Part shown: in pieces, positions 18,073-27,766 of the stretch
Layout: each line of letters starts with the position of its first letter
Numbering within the stretch: the stretch's first letter is position 1
Virus record (IMG/VR): IMGVR_UViG_3300011008_000003
From: a virus
Lineage: Duplodnaviria > Heunggongvirae > Uroviricota > Caudoviricetes
Direction: 5' to 3' (one strand)
Length of the DNA: 64,000 nucleotides
Program-made: the position numbers and the translations under genes
Notes under the pieces: generated by a model
Database searches by the model: none
What the model saw: only the letters and a program-made list of their open reading frames with translations
What the model was told of the DNA's origin: nothing

Positions 18073-18839
18073 CGAAGTGTCTCCCACATATCTATTAACG
18101 CATTAAATTTTTCTGTATCAATATGCCACATATTATAGCCAGAGCAGTTGAGACGGTGTTGGAATGTCGTTACTTCATAGTAATTATAGTTGGTATCTCC
18201 AATTATATATTTACGGTTATCCTTATTGACTGAAACACGATATGCGTGAATATAGAAATCGTTTTCGATTTTAGTACATATAAAGTTGGAATTTTTACTT
18301 TCCATTTCTTCTTCGAGTTTCTTATAATCGATACGCCAGATATATTCCTTTAAAGTCAGACTATCAAGCACAGTCTTATTGAACGCCTTCGCACGAGCAA
18401 TAAAATTCCAGCCGATCTTAGGGTCATCCGTAAGTTCACGGTCGACATACTTTACAGTCCTTTCTACTATATCATAAAATTCATTCGCAGAAATTTCGTC
18501 GAAAGTACGATTCTTGCAGAAATAGCCTGGACAAATATTATGCTGGCTACTCAAATTATTTGAAGACAATTCCTTAAAGACAGGAACACAATAAGTTTCT
18601 ATCAATTTTTCAACCGGAGCATCAATCCTTGGAACAATACGACGGAATACATTATTCGGTCTTCTCATATGGGTTCTGTCAAGACCGAGTTTCAACATAA
18701 AATAGATTTTTTCTTCATCCTTCTTGAATTCGGCAATACGGATATTTTTGTATACCAAAAAACCGTTCGTCATGTAGGCGGACGTATCGTATTCTATGTT
18801 AAAATGCTTAGCAATGCTTTCAATATCATGTAGTTTCAT
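18069..18839 (-). CDS. Hypothetical protein
   Basis: Start MKLHDIES after GAGGT RBS. Confidence 0.75.
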   Translation of the reverse strand: MKLHDIESIAKHFNIEYDTSAYMTNGFLVYKNIRIAEFKKDEEKIYFMLKLGLDRTHMRRPNNVFRRIVPRIDAPVEKLIETYCVPVFKELSSNNLSSQHNICPGYFCKNRTFDEISANEFYDIVERTVKYVDRELTDDPKIGWNFIARAKAFNKTVLDSLTLKEYIWRIDYKKLEEEMESKNSNFICTKIENDFYIHAYRVSVNKDNRKYIIGDTNYNYYEVTTFQHRLNCSGYNMWHIDTEKFNALIDMWETLR

Positions 18840-19131
18840 TTTTCGGTACCTCTCCAGTTGGACCCGTTGACGTATATGTGATTCCGCCATTGAGCTGGCT
18901 AGGCATTCCGCAACCATACATCATGATTGTAGTTTCATTCGGATCATACGGTCCAAACGGCTTTCGCGGGATATACTTGTCATTATCCTTTTGCGGAGTA
19001 AACGGTTGAACTTTCGGAAGTTCATTGAAGTCTTCCGGCTTGATGTCCTTATCCAAAAGACCGCGAACGAATAATTCTTCAAATTCGTCTACGGTACATT
19101 CGATTTCTATACCTTTAATCGTTAGTTTCAT
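18826..19131 (-). CDS. Hypothetical protein
   Basis: 101 aa. Confidence 0.7.
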   Translation of the reverse strand: MKLTIKGIEIECTVDEFEELFVRGLLDKDIKPEDFNELPKVQPFTPQKDNDKYIPRKPFGPYDPNETTIMMYGCGMPSQLNGGITYTSTGPTGEVPKNETT

Positions 19132-19138
19132 ATTCTAC

Positions 19139-19921
19139 CTACCAAGATTCGTTATAATACAATACTTCATCGTCAGCCATGGAATCGTATACTTCCTTGA
19201 AGTTTTTGTAATAGCGGTCCAGACTTTCGAAGTAATAATAGTTATATTCCGTGTTACCGAAGAAGAAACGACTCACGGTCGGCAAAAGATTTTTAGCTTC
19301 TTCTACCAGAGAGTCTGCCGGTTTCCACTTAGAAATCCATTCGCGTGCTTCTTCTGTACGCCAGCCCTTACTGTCAGCACCCGGTTTACCAGTAGCGTTA
19401 TCATAACTGGTCCAGCCGGACAAAATCTTCGACATCCTGTCAAGAAGTTCTTGAATATCCGACTTATCTAGTATTGCGTTGCCTAGTTCAAGAATATCGC
19501 CAAATTCGTCATCATGCGTAAGAAATTCTGGATGTCGGCGTTGAACGAATACAACCATCCAGTTTTGTTTTCGCATGTCGAGCGATTCAATACGGTCTTC
19601 ATACTTGAGACATAACGTAGAATCAAGATAATCGCGTTTTTTCTTTAAATCGTTATATTCATCGGCTTCTTCCTTAGTACAGAAATCAGTCAATTCGTAT
19701 TTCGGTTCGGCGTTATAGTTGAATTCATAATCCGAATCTTTATCTTGCTTATCACATTCTTCGTTATACCACTTGTCCCATTTTTCGGATGCGGCTTTTA
19801 ACGGAGCTTCATACTTCTTGTAATATTCGTCGTCAAGATCTGATAACTTTTTCTCCAAGTTAATATATCGACTAAGAACTTGTTTATGTTTTACTTTCCA
19901 GAACCAAATATCTAGTCCCAT
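19139..19921 (-). CDS. Conserved phage protein (MGLD...YYNESW type)
   Basis: Starts MGLDIWF; FFFGNTEY; ends YYNESW. Confidence 0.75.
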   Translation of the reverse strand: MGLDIWFWKVKHKQVLSRYINLEKKLSDLDDEYYKKYEAPLKAASEKWDKWYNEECDKQDKDSDYEFNYNAEPKYELTDFCTKEEADEYNDLKKKRDYLDSTLCLKYEDRIESLDMRKQNWMVVFVQRRHPEFLTHDDEFGDILELGNAILDKSDIQELLDRMSKILSGWTSYDNATGKPGADSKGWRTEEAREWISKWKPADSLVEEAKNLLPTVSRFFFGNTEYNYYYFESLDRYYKNFKEVYDSMADDEVLYYNESW

Positions 19922-20340
19922 TAGAGCCATCCTTCGCCGCGTTTCCAGATGAAGCGGCCTTCTTCTTGTTGTTTTAATCCACACTTTTCATAAAATACTT
20001 TAGATTCCGGCAGGCTAGACAATTCAACATAATCGTTTTTCTCACGAAAATAGTTAATCATCTTTCTGCCGTCGCCCTTATAACGGAAGTCTTCTCTAAT
20101 TTCGACTGAATAGATGTGGATATGTTTCGGTTCAGTCTCTTTATAGATTACGATGCCAATAGGGCCTTCGACTTCCTGGCTGACAAGCTTTGCAACCATT
20201 ATTTCATTCGACAAGAAATAAAAATGATTCTTGCAACACATCGAATAAGTCAACGGAAAAAGCTGCCTATGTTCTAAATCCATATTTTCAAGCCAGCACT
20301 TGAAATAGAGATTGTAATGCGATAATTCCAAATTTCTCAT
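19921..20340 (-). CDS. GNAT family N-acetyltransferase
   Basis: VEIREDFRYKGDGRKMI..ESKVFYEKCG. Confidence 0.85.
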   Translation of the reverse strand: MRNLELSHYNLYFKCWLENMDLEHRQLFPLTYSMCCKNHFYFLSNEIMVAKLVSQEVEGPIGIVIYKETEPKHIHIYSVEIREDFRYKGDGRKMINYFREKNDYVELSSLPESKVFYEKCGLKQQEEGRFIWKRGEGWL

Positions 20341-20636
20341 TACGGACCTTCTATCTTATAATTCTTATGACCATCGACATACGGCTGACCTTCCCAAATA
20401 TATACGTCTTTACAAACTTTATAACTTTCAGAATGTTCACACTGAGGAACAGCCTTAAAATTTTGCTGAATAACGAGTACCAATATTACACCGGCCATAA
20501 CTCCAATTAGTGCCGAAAGTATAACAGCGAACCACATATCACTGGTATCGTACTTATACCATTGCTTATATGCTTCTGACGGTTTCTTACCGCAATCGGA
20601 ATCGTATACCATATCTGAAATGCCGCCTTCTTCCAT
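20340..20636 (-). CDS. Single-TM membrane protein
   Basis: Hydrophobic segment MWFAVILSALIGVMAGVILVLVI. Confidence 0.65.
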   Translation of the reverse strand: MEEGGISDMVYDSDCGKKPSEAYKQWYKYDTSDMWFAVILSALIGVMAGVILVLVIQQNFKAVPQCEHSESYKVCKDVYIWEGQPYVDGHKNYKIEGP

Positions 20637-20637
20637 A

Positions 20638-20871
20638 TTAGTAAACGATATGGAATTGTTCAAGTGCCTTTTCTACGTCGAGCCTGAAAGCAACAGAACA
20701 GCCTTTCGGCAACGAACGAATAATCTGGTCTTTCCAGACATCGATATTCGGTGCCGGTTCGTTAAATTCCAAATCATCCTGACTCATGTGCCTTACGTCA
20801 TAAAGCAGTTCTTCAGCCATAGACGAAATTTCATACAGCTTATCTTCGAGATGTTCCTTATCGATAGCCAT
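20638..20871 (-). CDS. Hypothetical protein
   Basis: Coupled ORF. Confidence 0.7.
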   Translation of the reverse strand: MAIDKEHLEDKLYEISSMAEELLYDVRHMSQDDLEFNEPAPNIDVWKDQIIRSLPKGCSVAFRLDVEKALEQFHIVY

Positions 20872-21563
20872 TATTCACCCTTTAAATCTGCAATAAATTG
20901 TTTCTTAAATTCTTCCGGATCTACTTCTTCGGTATGGTCAACCTCGAGCCAGTTATTATCAGGAGTTTCTTTGAAAAGCGTCTTTACGTTTTTTCCTTTG
21001 CCAAAACGAATAAACCCGAAAGGACTTTCTTGAATTTCTTTCATTTCATCAAGTTCTTTTTCGATTTCGACAGAAGACCAGTTTGTTCTTCCGTGAAGTA
21101 AATGGTCTAATGCACAATTACGGCAAAGATGAGTAATCCATCCGCCCGTAGTCCAAATGACACGCTTACCATCTGCAGTTCTCGGTTCTGCGCCGCAATA
21201 CTGGCAAGTATACTTGGAAAGCCATTCCGCAATGGATTCAAGATTATTGTTACCGTAAAATGAACGGTAAATTCTTAATTCGCCGTATTTTTCCTTCGTG
21301 TCGGTAATAAAAAACTGTTTCTTCGTTTCTTCATCCCAAGAATCATATTCCTTGAATAATCTAGGAAGATAACGATTCTTCCAAAGATCTTCCCAACCAG
21401 TACCGTCCCAAATCTTGTACTTATTATGTTCTATATTTTCTGCATCTGTCTTAAAAGTATCGTCTGGCTCTTGTTTCCAGAAATTACGCATTTTCAGAAA
21501 CGGGTACTTCTTAAGAAGTTCAAGCATATCTGAATCGCTGATTGGAAATTTTGCTTCGTTCAT
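20871..21563 (-). CDS. Conserved phage Zn-finger protein
   Basis: KEKYGELRIY..TCQYCG..GWITHLCRNC. Confidence 0.75.
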   Translation of the reverse strand: MNEAKFPISDSDMLELLKKYPFLKMRNFWKQEPDDTFKTDAENIEHNKYKIWDGTGWEDLWKNRYLPRLFKEYDSWDEETKKQFFITDTKEKYGELRIYRSFYGNNNLESIAEWLSKYTCQYCGAEPRTADGKRVIWTTGGWITHLCRNCALDHLLHGRTNWSSVEIEKELDEMKEIQESPFGFIRFGKGKNVKTLFKETPDNNWLEVDHTEEVDPEEFKKQFIADLKGE

Positions 21564-21583
21564 AGAATAATCCTCTTAATACA

Positions 21584-21618
21584 AATATAGTAAAGCGATT
21601 GACTTCTGTCAACCGCTT
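21584..21618 (-). promoter_or_regulatory. Fused terminator/early promoter element
   Basis: AAGCGGTTGAC-AGAA-GTCAATCGCTT; TTGACA-N17-TATATT. Confidence 0.85.
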
Positions 21619-21638
21619 AATTTAAATATTGGTGAAAT

Positions 21639-21758
21639 TTACGAACGATTCAGTAGATTCATTATCCAGTAAACTATCATGAATCCCAGGGTAATGAAGA
21701 ATCCAAGTATCGCTACCGGAAACATGAGAATATCTAATGCGAGTTCTTTTAATTTCAT
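21639..21758 (-). CDS. 39-aa single-TM peptide
   Basis: Manual: MKLKELALDILMFPVAILGFFITLGFMIVYWIMNLLNRS; GAGGT RBS. Confidence 0.6.
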   Translation of the reverse strand: MKLKELALDILMFPVAILGFFITLGFMIVYWIMNLLNRS

Positions 21759-21768
21759 AACATACCTC

Positions 21769-22041
21769 TTACTTTTCTAGTCCGTAAGTATATATGTATT
21801 CTCCCTTGAGATTTTTCGCAACATCGAGAAATTTAAGCCCTGCAATTTTGACAGGCTTGTGACCTGTGTCCTTGCACGCGATTTTTGCATAATACTGCCA
21901 GTCGACACCGCTTTCATAGGTATTCTCTTTCCAAGTATCGAGTACGCAATCGTACTTCTTGAGAGAAACGATGAAATCGATTTTAGTATTAGCTGCAAAT
22001 GCGGATATTGCCAGAAGAAGAATCAATAATAGCTTTTTCAA
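21769..22041 (-). CDS. Small exported protein
   Basis: Signal peptide MKKLLLILLLAISAFA. Confidence 0.75.
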   Translation of the reverse strand: MKKLLLILLLAISAFAANTKIDFIVSLKKYDCVLDTWKENTYESGVDWQYYAKIACKDTGHKPVKIAGLKFLDVAKNLKGEYIYTYGLEK

Positions 22042-22050
22042 TTTATCCCC

Positions 22051-22317
22051 CTATTTTACTTCTTGACATTCTATGATTTCTAATTGATACGATAGGTTAT
22101 ACGAATTGCACGGCTCACCCACTCTCTTGCTTGTACATGCTTTTTCCAACCATTTAGCATAATACGGTTCATAATATGGGTCATACTGTACATCGTCGAA
22201 ACCTAACAGTTTATATTCACATACTTCTTTCGGTTCTGGCGAAGCAGTCGACGTTTCGTCTGAACAGCCAAGCAGACATGCCAAAATCAAGAAGCATATG
22301 CTTATCTTTGTTTTCAT
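22051..22317 (-). CDS. Lipoprotein
   Basis: Lipobox LLG-C-SD; Cys-rich. Confidence 0.75.
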   Translation of the reverse strand: MKTKISICFLILACLLGCSDETSTASPEPKEVCEYKLLGFDDVQYDPYYEPYYAKWLEKACTSKRVGEPCNSYNLSYQLEIIECQEVK

Positions 22318-23012
22318 TTTTCCTTTCCCTTCCTAAAACTCGTCTTTTTGTCGAAGCCGTAGGCCTCTAATCTGGTTATGTCATCCCCGACTGGAACAAC
22401 GGCTTCGTCTGGACGAGCATGACAGTCGAACCAGTGTTCCAATTCCCATAACGCAGTATACGGATCCATTACAGTCTGAAATTTTAACTCTTTCAAGTTA
22501 GGCCAGCTAACAATTTTGGTAGTTGGATTAACCCATGGATAGTAACGGTATTTCGAACGTGATCCATAATCCTTAATATAAAGAACAGGACCATACTTTT
22601 CGAAAAGGTCGAAATTCCAGAATTTTTCATTATCCGGATTTTTATAGTTAGCAGACTGTTTCCAACCGAACAAGCTCTTGTTACCGTTATTTTCGATAAT
22701 TTCATCCATTGTCTTGTATTCGATAGAAGACGGGTCCAATTCCTTATAATCGGATTCTTTGGTAGTTGCATACTTGAAGAAATACCATTTACCGCAAAAT
22801 CCAATCATGGCTACTGGATAATGACCATGACATCTGCCATGCTTATTCTCGTAAATATAATCCCATTCAGCGTCGAAATCGCCGAGCGGAACTATATCCT
22901 TAGTCGGAATATCATGAGTTTTAGTATCACGATGAATAACTATATCTGATTCCGCGAAAGAACCGATTGTACAGTCATAATAATCCTGAAACTTGGAGAA
23001 TATTCTTAACAT
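22314..23012 (-). CDS. Conserved phage protein (DYYD...GFDKKTSFRK type)
   Basis: Characteristic N- and C-terminal motifs. Confidence 0.75.
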   Translation of the reverse strand: MLRIFSKFQDYYDCTIGSFAESDIVIHRDTKTHDIPTKDIVPLGDFDAEWDYIYENKHGRCHGHYPVAMIGFCGKWYFFKYATTKESDYKELDPSSIEYKTMDEIIENNGNKSLFGWKQSANYKNPDNEKFWNFDLFEKYGPVLYIKDYGSRSKYRYYPWVNPTTKIVSWPNLKELKFQTVMDPYTALWELEHWFDCHARPDEAVVPVGDDITRLEAYGFDKKTSFRKGKEK

Positions 23013-23422
23013 TCGCCTTTTTCCTTTAATTCAAGAAATGCGTCATAAGCAAGACCGTAGTCGCTAATGTCGAGAAGCCAGTCGTCTTCGAACTTAATAT
23101 CTTCTTCGCCGACTTTATCGAAATGTTCTTGCTTGCCGCTTTTCATTTCGGTTACGAAGCGTTGCTTGTCTTCATGAATTTCCTTTTTACGGTCGTAACG
23201 CTTTGTCTTGTGCGGGTTAGAAGTCGACCAAGAACGGATAAGGCGGCAAGCCTTATTCCATTCCTCGTCAGTAAATCCATACTTCTTATAGATTTCATCT
23301 CGATGCTGCATGTAAAGATCGTACGTAGAAATATCTCGCCCGAACTTATCCCACTGCTTATCGACTTCTCGAATAAAGCGGATAAGTTTCTTCTCGAAAC
23401 GGTCTTTGCTTGTATTCTTCAT
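23006..23422 (-). CDS. Hypothetical protein
   Basis: AAGGA RBS. Confidence 0.75.
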   Translation of the reverse strand: MKNTSKDRFEKKLIRFIREVDKQWDKFGRDISTYDLYMQHRDEIYKKYGFTDEEWNKACRLIRSWSTSNPHKTKRYDRKKEIHEDKQRFVTEMKSGKQEHFDKVGEEDIKFEDDWLLDISDYGLAYDAFLELKEKGEC

Positions 23423-23431
23423 AATATTCCT

Positions 23432-24340
23432 TTAGACATCGATTATAAAATCGTTCATGTCTGCTATTTTGCTGGAACGTTCCATTTTAGAACCAGTATA
23501 ATCCACAATATCGCAATACATGCTCCGTTCTCCAGGATAACCAATCGGATTACACATAATATGTATATGGTTTCCCTTGGAATTTACGTATTCAGCCATA
23601 CGCTTGCCATGGACATGACCGCAAACCCAGTAGGTATCGTTATCCAGTTTCTCGAAGAACTTTTCACCCTTAAAATAGAAAACATAATTCCAAGAGTTAT
23701 TCCTGTATTCAAACGGAATACCGAGTTCATACGGAACGAAATGAGTAACGACAATTTTTGGTTTCTGCTTAACTATATCGTTCAGCTTCTGTTTATAATG
23801 GTCCCAAATCTTCATCGGTTCCTGGTTCATGTACCGCCAGAACTTGCCATCATACCAGTGCCGTTTCCAGTTCGTGAACGGATCCAATCCGAACTGCGGA
23901 GGTTCACACTTGAAATCGCACATACCCATGCATCCGCCGATTCCGTTGATAACTTCACCGTCAAGTAGGTAAATATTATCAAACGTCTTACAGATAGCCT
24001 TCATTTCATCGATTTTCTTTTCAGACGAAACAAAAGGTAAATTAGACTTCGACGGAGTTCCACCACGAACTGTCAAGTCATGATTACCGAGAACAAGATA
24101 AACTTCCTTATACTTCTTTGCAAGCCAAGGAATCATCCGACTAAACGTCAGAAAGTCATTAGAATAATCACCGGCAAGAACTAATCGATCAACAAACGGG
24201 ATTTGATAATAATCCCACATATAGTCCATAGTTTCCGGTGTAACAAGTTCATCCGGGTCATCGACATAAAGCCTTTTAGGACCAACAGCATACTTCCAGT
24301 GGAAATCCACGTGAATATCGGAAAGAAATAAAGTTTTCAT
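23432..24340 (-). CDS. Calcineurin-like metallophosphoesterase
   Basis: SDIH, LAGD, LGNHD, VTHFVP, CGHVH, NPIGY. Confidence 0.9.
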   Translation of the reverse strand: MKTLFLSDIHVDFHWKYAVGPKRLYVDDPDELVTPETMDYMWDYYQIPFVDRLVLAGDYSNDFLTFSRMIPWLAKKYKEVYLVLGNHDLTVRGGTPSKSNLPFVSSEKKIDEMKAICKTFDNIYLLDGEVINGIGGCMGMCDFKCEPPQFGLDPFTNWKRHWYDGKFWRYMNQEPMKIWDHYKQKLNDIVKQKPKIVVTHFVPYELGIPFEYRNNSWNYVFYFKGEKFFEKLDNDTYWVCGHVHGKRMAEYVNSKGNHIHIMCNPIGYPGERSMYCDIVDYTGSKMERSSKIADMNDFIIDV

Positions 24341-24537
24341 AAAAATATCCAAGTTCCTGCGTCTATAATTTCTGTAATTTCTTCTAGTGATTTACCTTCG
24401 TGATAAAGTCTTATAATATCTCGGTTATATTCCATTTCGTCGACAACGAAGCTCTTTACATCGTCATAACTCCAATTTTCAAATTGTTCGGTTTTCTGGA
24501 GTTCTCGTAAAACCTTATCAACGATGTCTTCTTCCAT
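24337..24537 (-). CDS. Small acidic protein
   Basis: 66 aa. Confidence 0.65.
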   Translation of the reverse strand: MEEDIVDKVLRELQKTEQFENWSYDDVKSFVVDEMEYNRDIIRLYHEGKSLEEITEIIDAGTWIFL

Positions 24538-24540
24538 AAA

Positions 24541-24852
24541 TTACCTGTTATTATCTATTTTAATATCGTTACACTTATTGCCGTTCTGGTAATAAAGCTC
24601 AGTAGGCAAATAAGCAAAATATTTAACCCTATCAAATCCAATGCCGGGATCTTCTTTAGGAATTTCATGGTCCTTATACCAACAATATACTTCAGAACAT
24701 TTAAGCAATGTTAAAATTTCCCAAGAATATGCACCCGTTTCATAATAGTCTTCAACTATAGTCATTACACGACGACCAAGAATATTCTTAATCTGATATT
24801 CTCCATTCGGGAAAAACTGAAAGCTATATGTTAACATCGGTCTCGTGTCCAT
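24541..24852 (-). CDS. Hypothetical protein
   Basis: AAGGA RBS. Confidence 0.7.
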   Translation of the reverse strand: MDTRPMLTYSFQFFPNGEYQIKNILGRRVMTIVEDYYETGAYSWEILTLLKCSEVYCWYKDHEIPKEDPGIGFDRVKYFAYLPTELYYQNGNKCNDIKIDNNR

Positions 24853-24854
24853 GT

Positions 24855-25130
24855 TTATTCCTTTTGAATAATATTTATTACAGCGTTCATGAATTCATCC
24901 GGCGTATGCAGAATCGTTTCAAGGATTTCGCCAGTCGGTTCTTCCTTAATAACCCTAAAAATATCGCCGTCAGTCAAATCTTCTAGGTCGCACTGACAGA
25001 CATAGTTTTTAAAGTTCAACTGCTTTACTGGATTCAAATCTCCATCCAGTGTATGAATTACCTGGAAATCAATATCTTTTTCCAGTAATGCAGTCATAAT
25101 TCCATTCAATGCGACATAGTTACTAATCAT
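24855..25130 (-). CDS. Hypothetical protein
   Basis: Coupled ORF. Confidence 0.65.
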   Translation of the reverse strand: MISNYVALNGIMTALLEKDIDFQVIHTLDGDLNPVKQLNFKNYVCQCDLEDLTDGDIFRVIKEEPTGEILETILHTPDEFMNAVINIIQKE

Positions 25131-25131
25131 A

Positions 25132-25416
25132 TTAACGCTCGTATTCAGGGAGTTTAGGTTCAACCAGTTCGATTTTTTCTTTCGGCTTTGTATTGTCCAT
25201 GAGGCTATCCAGAACCTTCTTATTCGTAATTACATGATGGCTTTCACGTAATTTCCTATTCTCACGTTCGAGAGCCGCTGTATAAGCATAATACAAATCG
25301 AGAACTTCGCCGTAATACTTACAACGATACTCATCCATACCATGGCTGTTCAGCTCAGGATATTTTGCTTGAATATCCTTGATTTGTTGTAGAAATTCTA
25401 CATGACTAGGCGACAT
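25132..25416 (-). CDS. Hypothetical protein
   Basis: AAGGAG RBS before MSPSH. Confidence 0.7.
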   Translation of the reverse strand: MSPSHVEFLQQIKDIQAKYPELNSHGMDEYRCKYYGEVLDLYYAYTAALERENRKLRESHHVITNKKVLDSLMDNTKPKEKIELVEPKLPEYER

Positions 25417-25741
25417 GGCTAGACTCCTTACATTCGCGGATTGCCTTAATAAAACCGCCCATATCATTCGAGACACACTTAGCAGTATTAGGCTGGAAAG
25501 ACTTTATCCAGTTATCTCCGTTGACATTTACATAGATTTCTACCCAAGGATGCTTTTTGTAATCGAGATAGTCAAGAATCATGACATACGGCATATCAGT
25601 ATTCGCATGATAGAAAAGCAGTCCGTCGAACTGGTCTTCGGCCGTACGAGGACAGCCAAACGTAACGCAGTCATACTTTTCGATATACTTACGGAATGAC
25701 TGAAGCCTCTTTGTTAAATATTCGATTTTTGCTAAAAGCAT
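25406..25741 (-). CDS. Hypothetical protein
   Basis: GGAGG RBS. Confidence 0.7.
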   Translation of the reverse strand: MLLAKIEYLTKRLQSFRKYIEKYDCVTFGCPRTAEDQFDGLLFYHANTDMPYVMILDYLDYKKHPWVEIYVNVNGDNWIKSFQPNTAKCVSNDMGGFIKAIRECKESSHVA

Positions 25742-25752
25742 TGTTTCCTCCG

Positions 25753-26313
25753 TTAAAGATCTTCTGGGTGTTCAAAGATAACCCTAATCATGACATTATG
25801 TTCGACCGTAGTAAGTTCTCTTTCTTCATGAATACCTTTTTGATTCGTATCGTCAATAAGGTAGAACTCGTCGCTGTTCTGGTTATCGATATTATGCGGA
25901 AAACTTGCTTCGTCCATACACTGTTGAATAAAGCATGTCTGCTTTTCGAGACCAAAACGTTTCATTGCTCCTGGAATATGCAAATCTTCGAGTTCAACTT
26001 CGTCAGTCGTATTAACCCATTTATGTTTGTAGGCACACTGAATAGAATCATCCTTTGTCCAAACTGTTCCACGATTTTCTTCTGGAATTTCAAGAACATC
26101 GAATAACCACTTAACGATTTCAGGCCTGATTTCATCACGGGTCTTCCAACCCCATGTAAAAAGGTTAACCTTTACTCGAGTCGGAGAATAACTTTCACTG
26201 ATTATTTCCAGAACATGACGAGAAACCATATCGCACTGTACATGCAATAGATTACAGTTAAACAGGTCATCGATGAGAGTATTTTCGATGTCTATGTAAA
26301 TATGAGTGTCCAT
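25753..26313 (-). CDS. HAD-superfamily-like protein (leaderless start)
   Basis: YIDIENTLIDD motif I-like; LIDD motif IV-like. Confidence 0.6.
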   Translation of the reverse strand: MDTHIYIDIENTLIDDLFNCNLLHVQCDMVSRHVLEIISESYSPTRVKVNLFTWGWKTRDEIRPEIVKWLFDVLEIPEENRGTVWTKDDSIQCAYKHKWVNTTDEVELEDLHIPGAMKRFGLEKQTCFIQQCMDEASFPHNIDNQNSDEFYLIDDTNQKGIHEERELTTVEHNVMIRVIFEHPEDL

Positions 26314-26319
26314 ATTTAA

Positions 26320-26348
26320 AATATAGCAATAAAATGTTATTTTGTAAA
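26320..26348 (-). promoter_or_regulatory. Early promoter TTTACA-N17-TATATT
   Basis: ATG 6 nt downstream. Confidence 0.75.
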
Positions 26349-26350
26349 CC

Positions 26351-26785
26351 CTACAATAGGGAATAGGTCAAACGACCTGTATATTCTGCATCTAAAAATT
26401 CCAGATGTATTACCTTTGACTTGTCACAAGGTACTTTTACCGGATGAATTACGCAGAAAGAGCCGATACCGTATACGATTTCAACTTCTGAATAATGTCC
26501 CTGGTATTCAAGCTGAAAATGATAATTTTCCCATTTATCGTCAGAATCTGAATAGACAAAATCTCTAAAATTCTTATTATAGAGATTCTGATAGAAAAAT
26601 TCCATACATGACCAGATTTCTTCTCTATCCTTGCCTTTATAGTTATATAGCATAGATTCTTCTTCGAATGTCTTCTGCTTACGGACTAGTTCTTTCAGCT
26701 TATTGATGACAATCTTATATTGCATGATGTAATGTAATACATCGGCAAATATTTTGCCTTCCAATTCTGGTTCAATCATTACCAT
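26351..26785 (-). CDS. Hypothetical protein
   Basis: 144 aa. Confidence 0.7.
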   Translation of the reverse strand: MVMIEPELEGKIFADVLHYIMQYKIVINKLKELVRKQKTFEEESMLYNYKGKDREEIWSCMEFFYQNLYNKNFRDFVYSDSDDKWENYHFQLEYQGHYSEVEIVYGIGSFCVIHPVKVPCDKSKVIHLEFLDAEYTGRLTYSLL

Positions 26786-27087
26786 TTGAATTTTCCCTCA
26801 TATAAATCGATAACTGTCTTTAATTTAGTAATGGCTTTGTCTTTCGGCATTCTTTCGGTCGCAATCTTCATCGAATTAAGACAACGCTTAATTTCCAAAT
26901 CGGTCATTTCAGAAACTTTATATTTCCTGAATACCCATGTCTGGCTCGTCTGAATATTTGTTCGATATTCATAAGCGTATTCGATACCTTCCATAGACAT
27001 AGCCCAGTTTTTAACCTGGTCTTTAGTCATGTGTGCTAGCCAATGGATTTCGTATGCGACACGAACGATGTCAGAGACTGTAGCCAT
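26779..27087 (-). CDS. Hypothetical protein
   Basis: 102 aa. Confidence 0.7.
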   Translation of the reverse strand: MATVSDIVRVAYEIHWLAHMTKDQVKNWAMSMEGIEYAYEYRTNIQTSQTWVFRKYKVSEMTDLEIKRCLNSMKIATERMPKDKAITKLKTVIDLYEGKFKW

Positions 27088-27088
27088 A

Positions 27089-27766
27089 TTACTTCGCCTT
27101 AAACATAGAAGTTAAATCAATTTCGAAGCGATAACCTCTCTGGTCATAGCATCTGTCATAGTCTTTAATTTCGCCAGTTTTAAAACCAGATTCGGTAAGA
27201 GCTTCCTTTGCTAATTCTGCGGTATGTCGAATATCCCAGACCCCTTCTTTAGCATTCCATCCGTCAGCATACAGATAGATTTTTATATCGCCATGTTCAC
27301 GCCTGATTACATTATGGCAATCTGCCCTGCCGACCTGTACAAATACGACGTCAAAATCCCTATTGCCGACGCATGTTTGAATCCATTCGGTCAATTCTTT
27401 ACTATTGACAATCAAGTTTGCCGAAACGAGTTCTTCTGCTTTGGCTTTAGCTTTACGACGGTCACCTTCTTCTTTATATTCTCGTTCTTTATTGGCCTTG
27501 TCGTCAACACGTTCCTGACCTAAGTTCTTGAATTTATCAAAACTTAAATCAGACCAGGCATGAGTCTTTTTATATTCATCAACATTTTGTTCCATGTTAG
27601 AAAGGAAAACCTTTCGCCACGGATTTAACTTTTTCTCGTTTTTCCGTTTTTCGATAATTTCCTTTACTAAAACAGCAGCTTTCTCTTCAAGTTCAGACGG
27701 TTCTTTTACAATGTCTTTTTCCGGTGTAAGCCAGTTGATAGTGAATTCATCTTTCGTCGTTTTCAT
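27089..27766 (-). CDS. Hypothetical protein
   Basis: 225 aa; ATGA-coupled to coaE. Confidence 0.75.
   Translation of the reverse strand: MKTTKDEFTINWLTPEKDIVKEPSELEEKAAVLVKEIIEKRKNEKKLNPWRKVFLSNMEQNVDEYKKTHAWSDLSFDKFKNLGQERVDDKANKEREYKEEGDRRKAKAKAEELVSANLIVNSKELTEWIQTCVGNRDFDVVFVQVGRADCHNVIRREHGDIKIYLYADGWNAKEGVWDIRHTAELAKEALTESGFKTGEIKDYDRCYDQRGYRFEIDLTSMFKAK

Noticed and set aside
23123-23968. 281-aa + strand ORF (also 29720-30346, 51809-52309 and many shorter ones)
   Set aside because: Antisense to well-supported minus-strand genes; no independent evidence.
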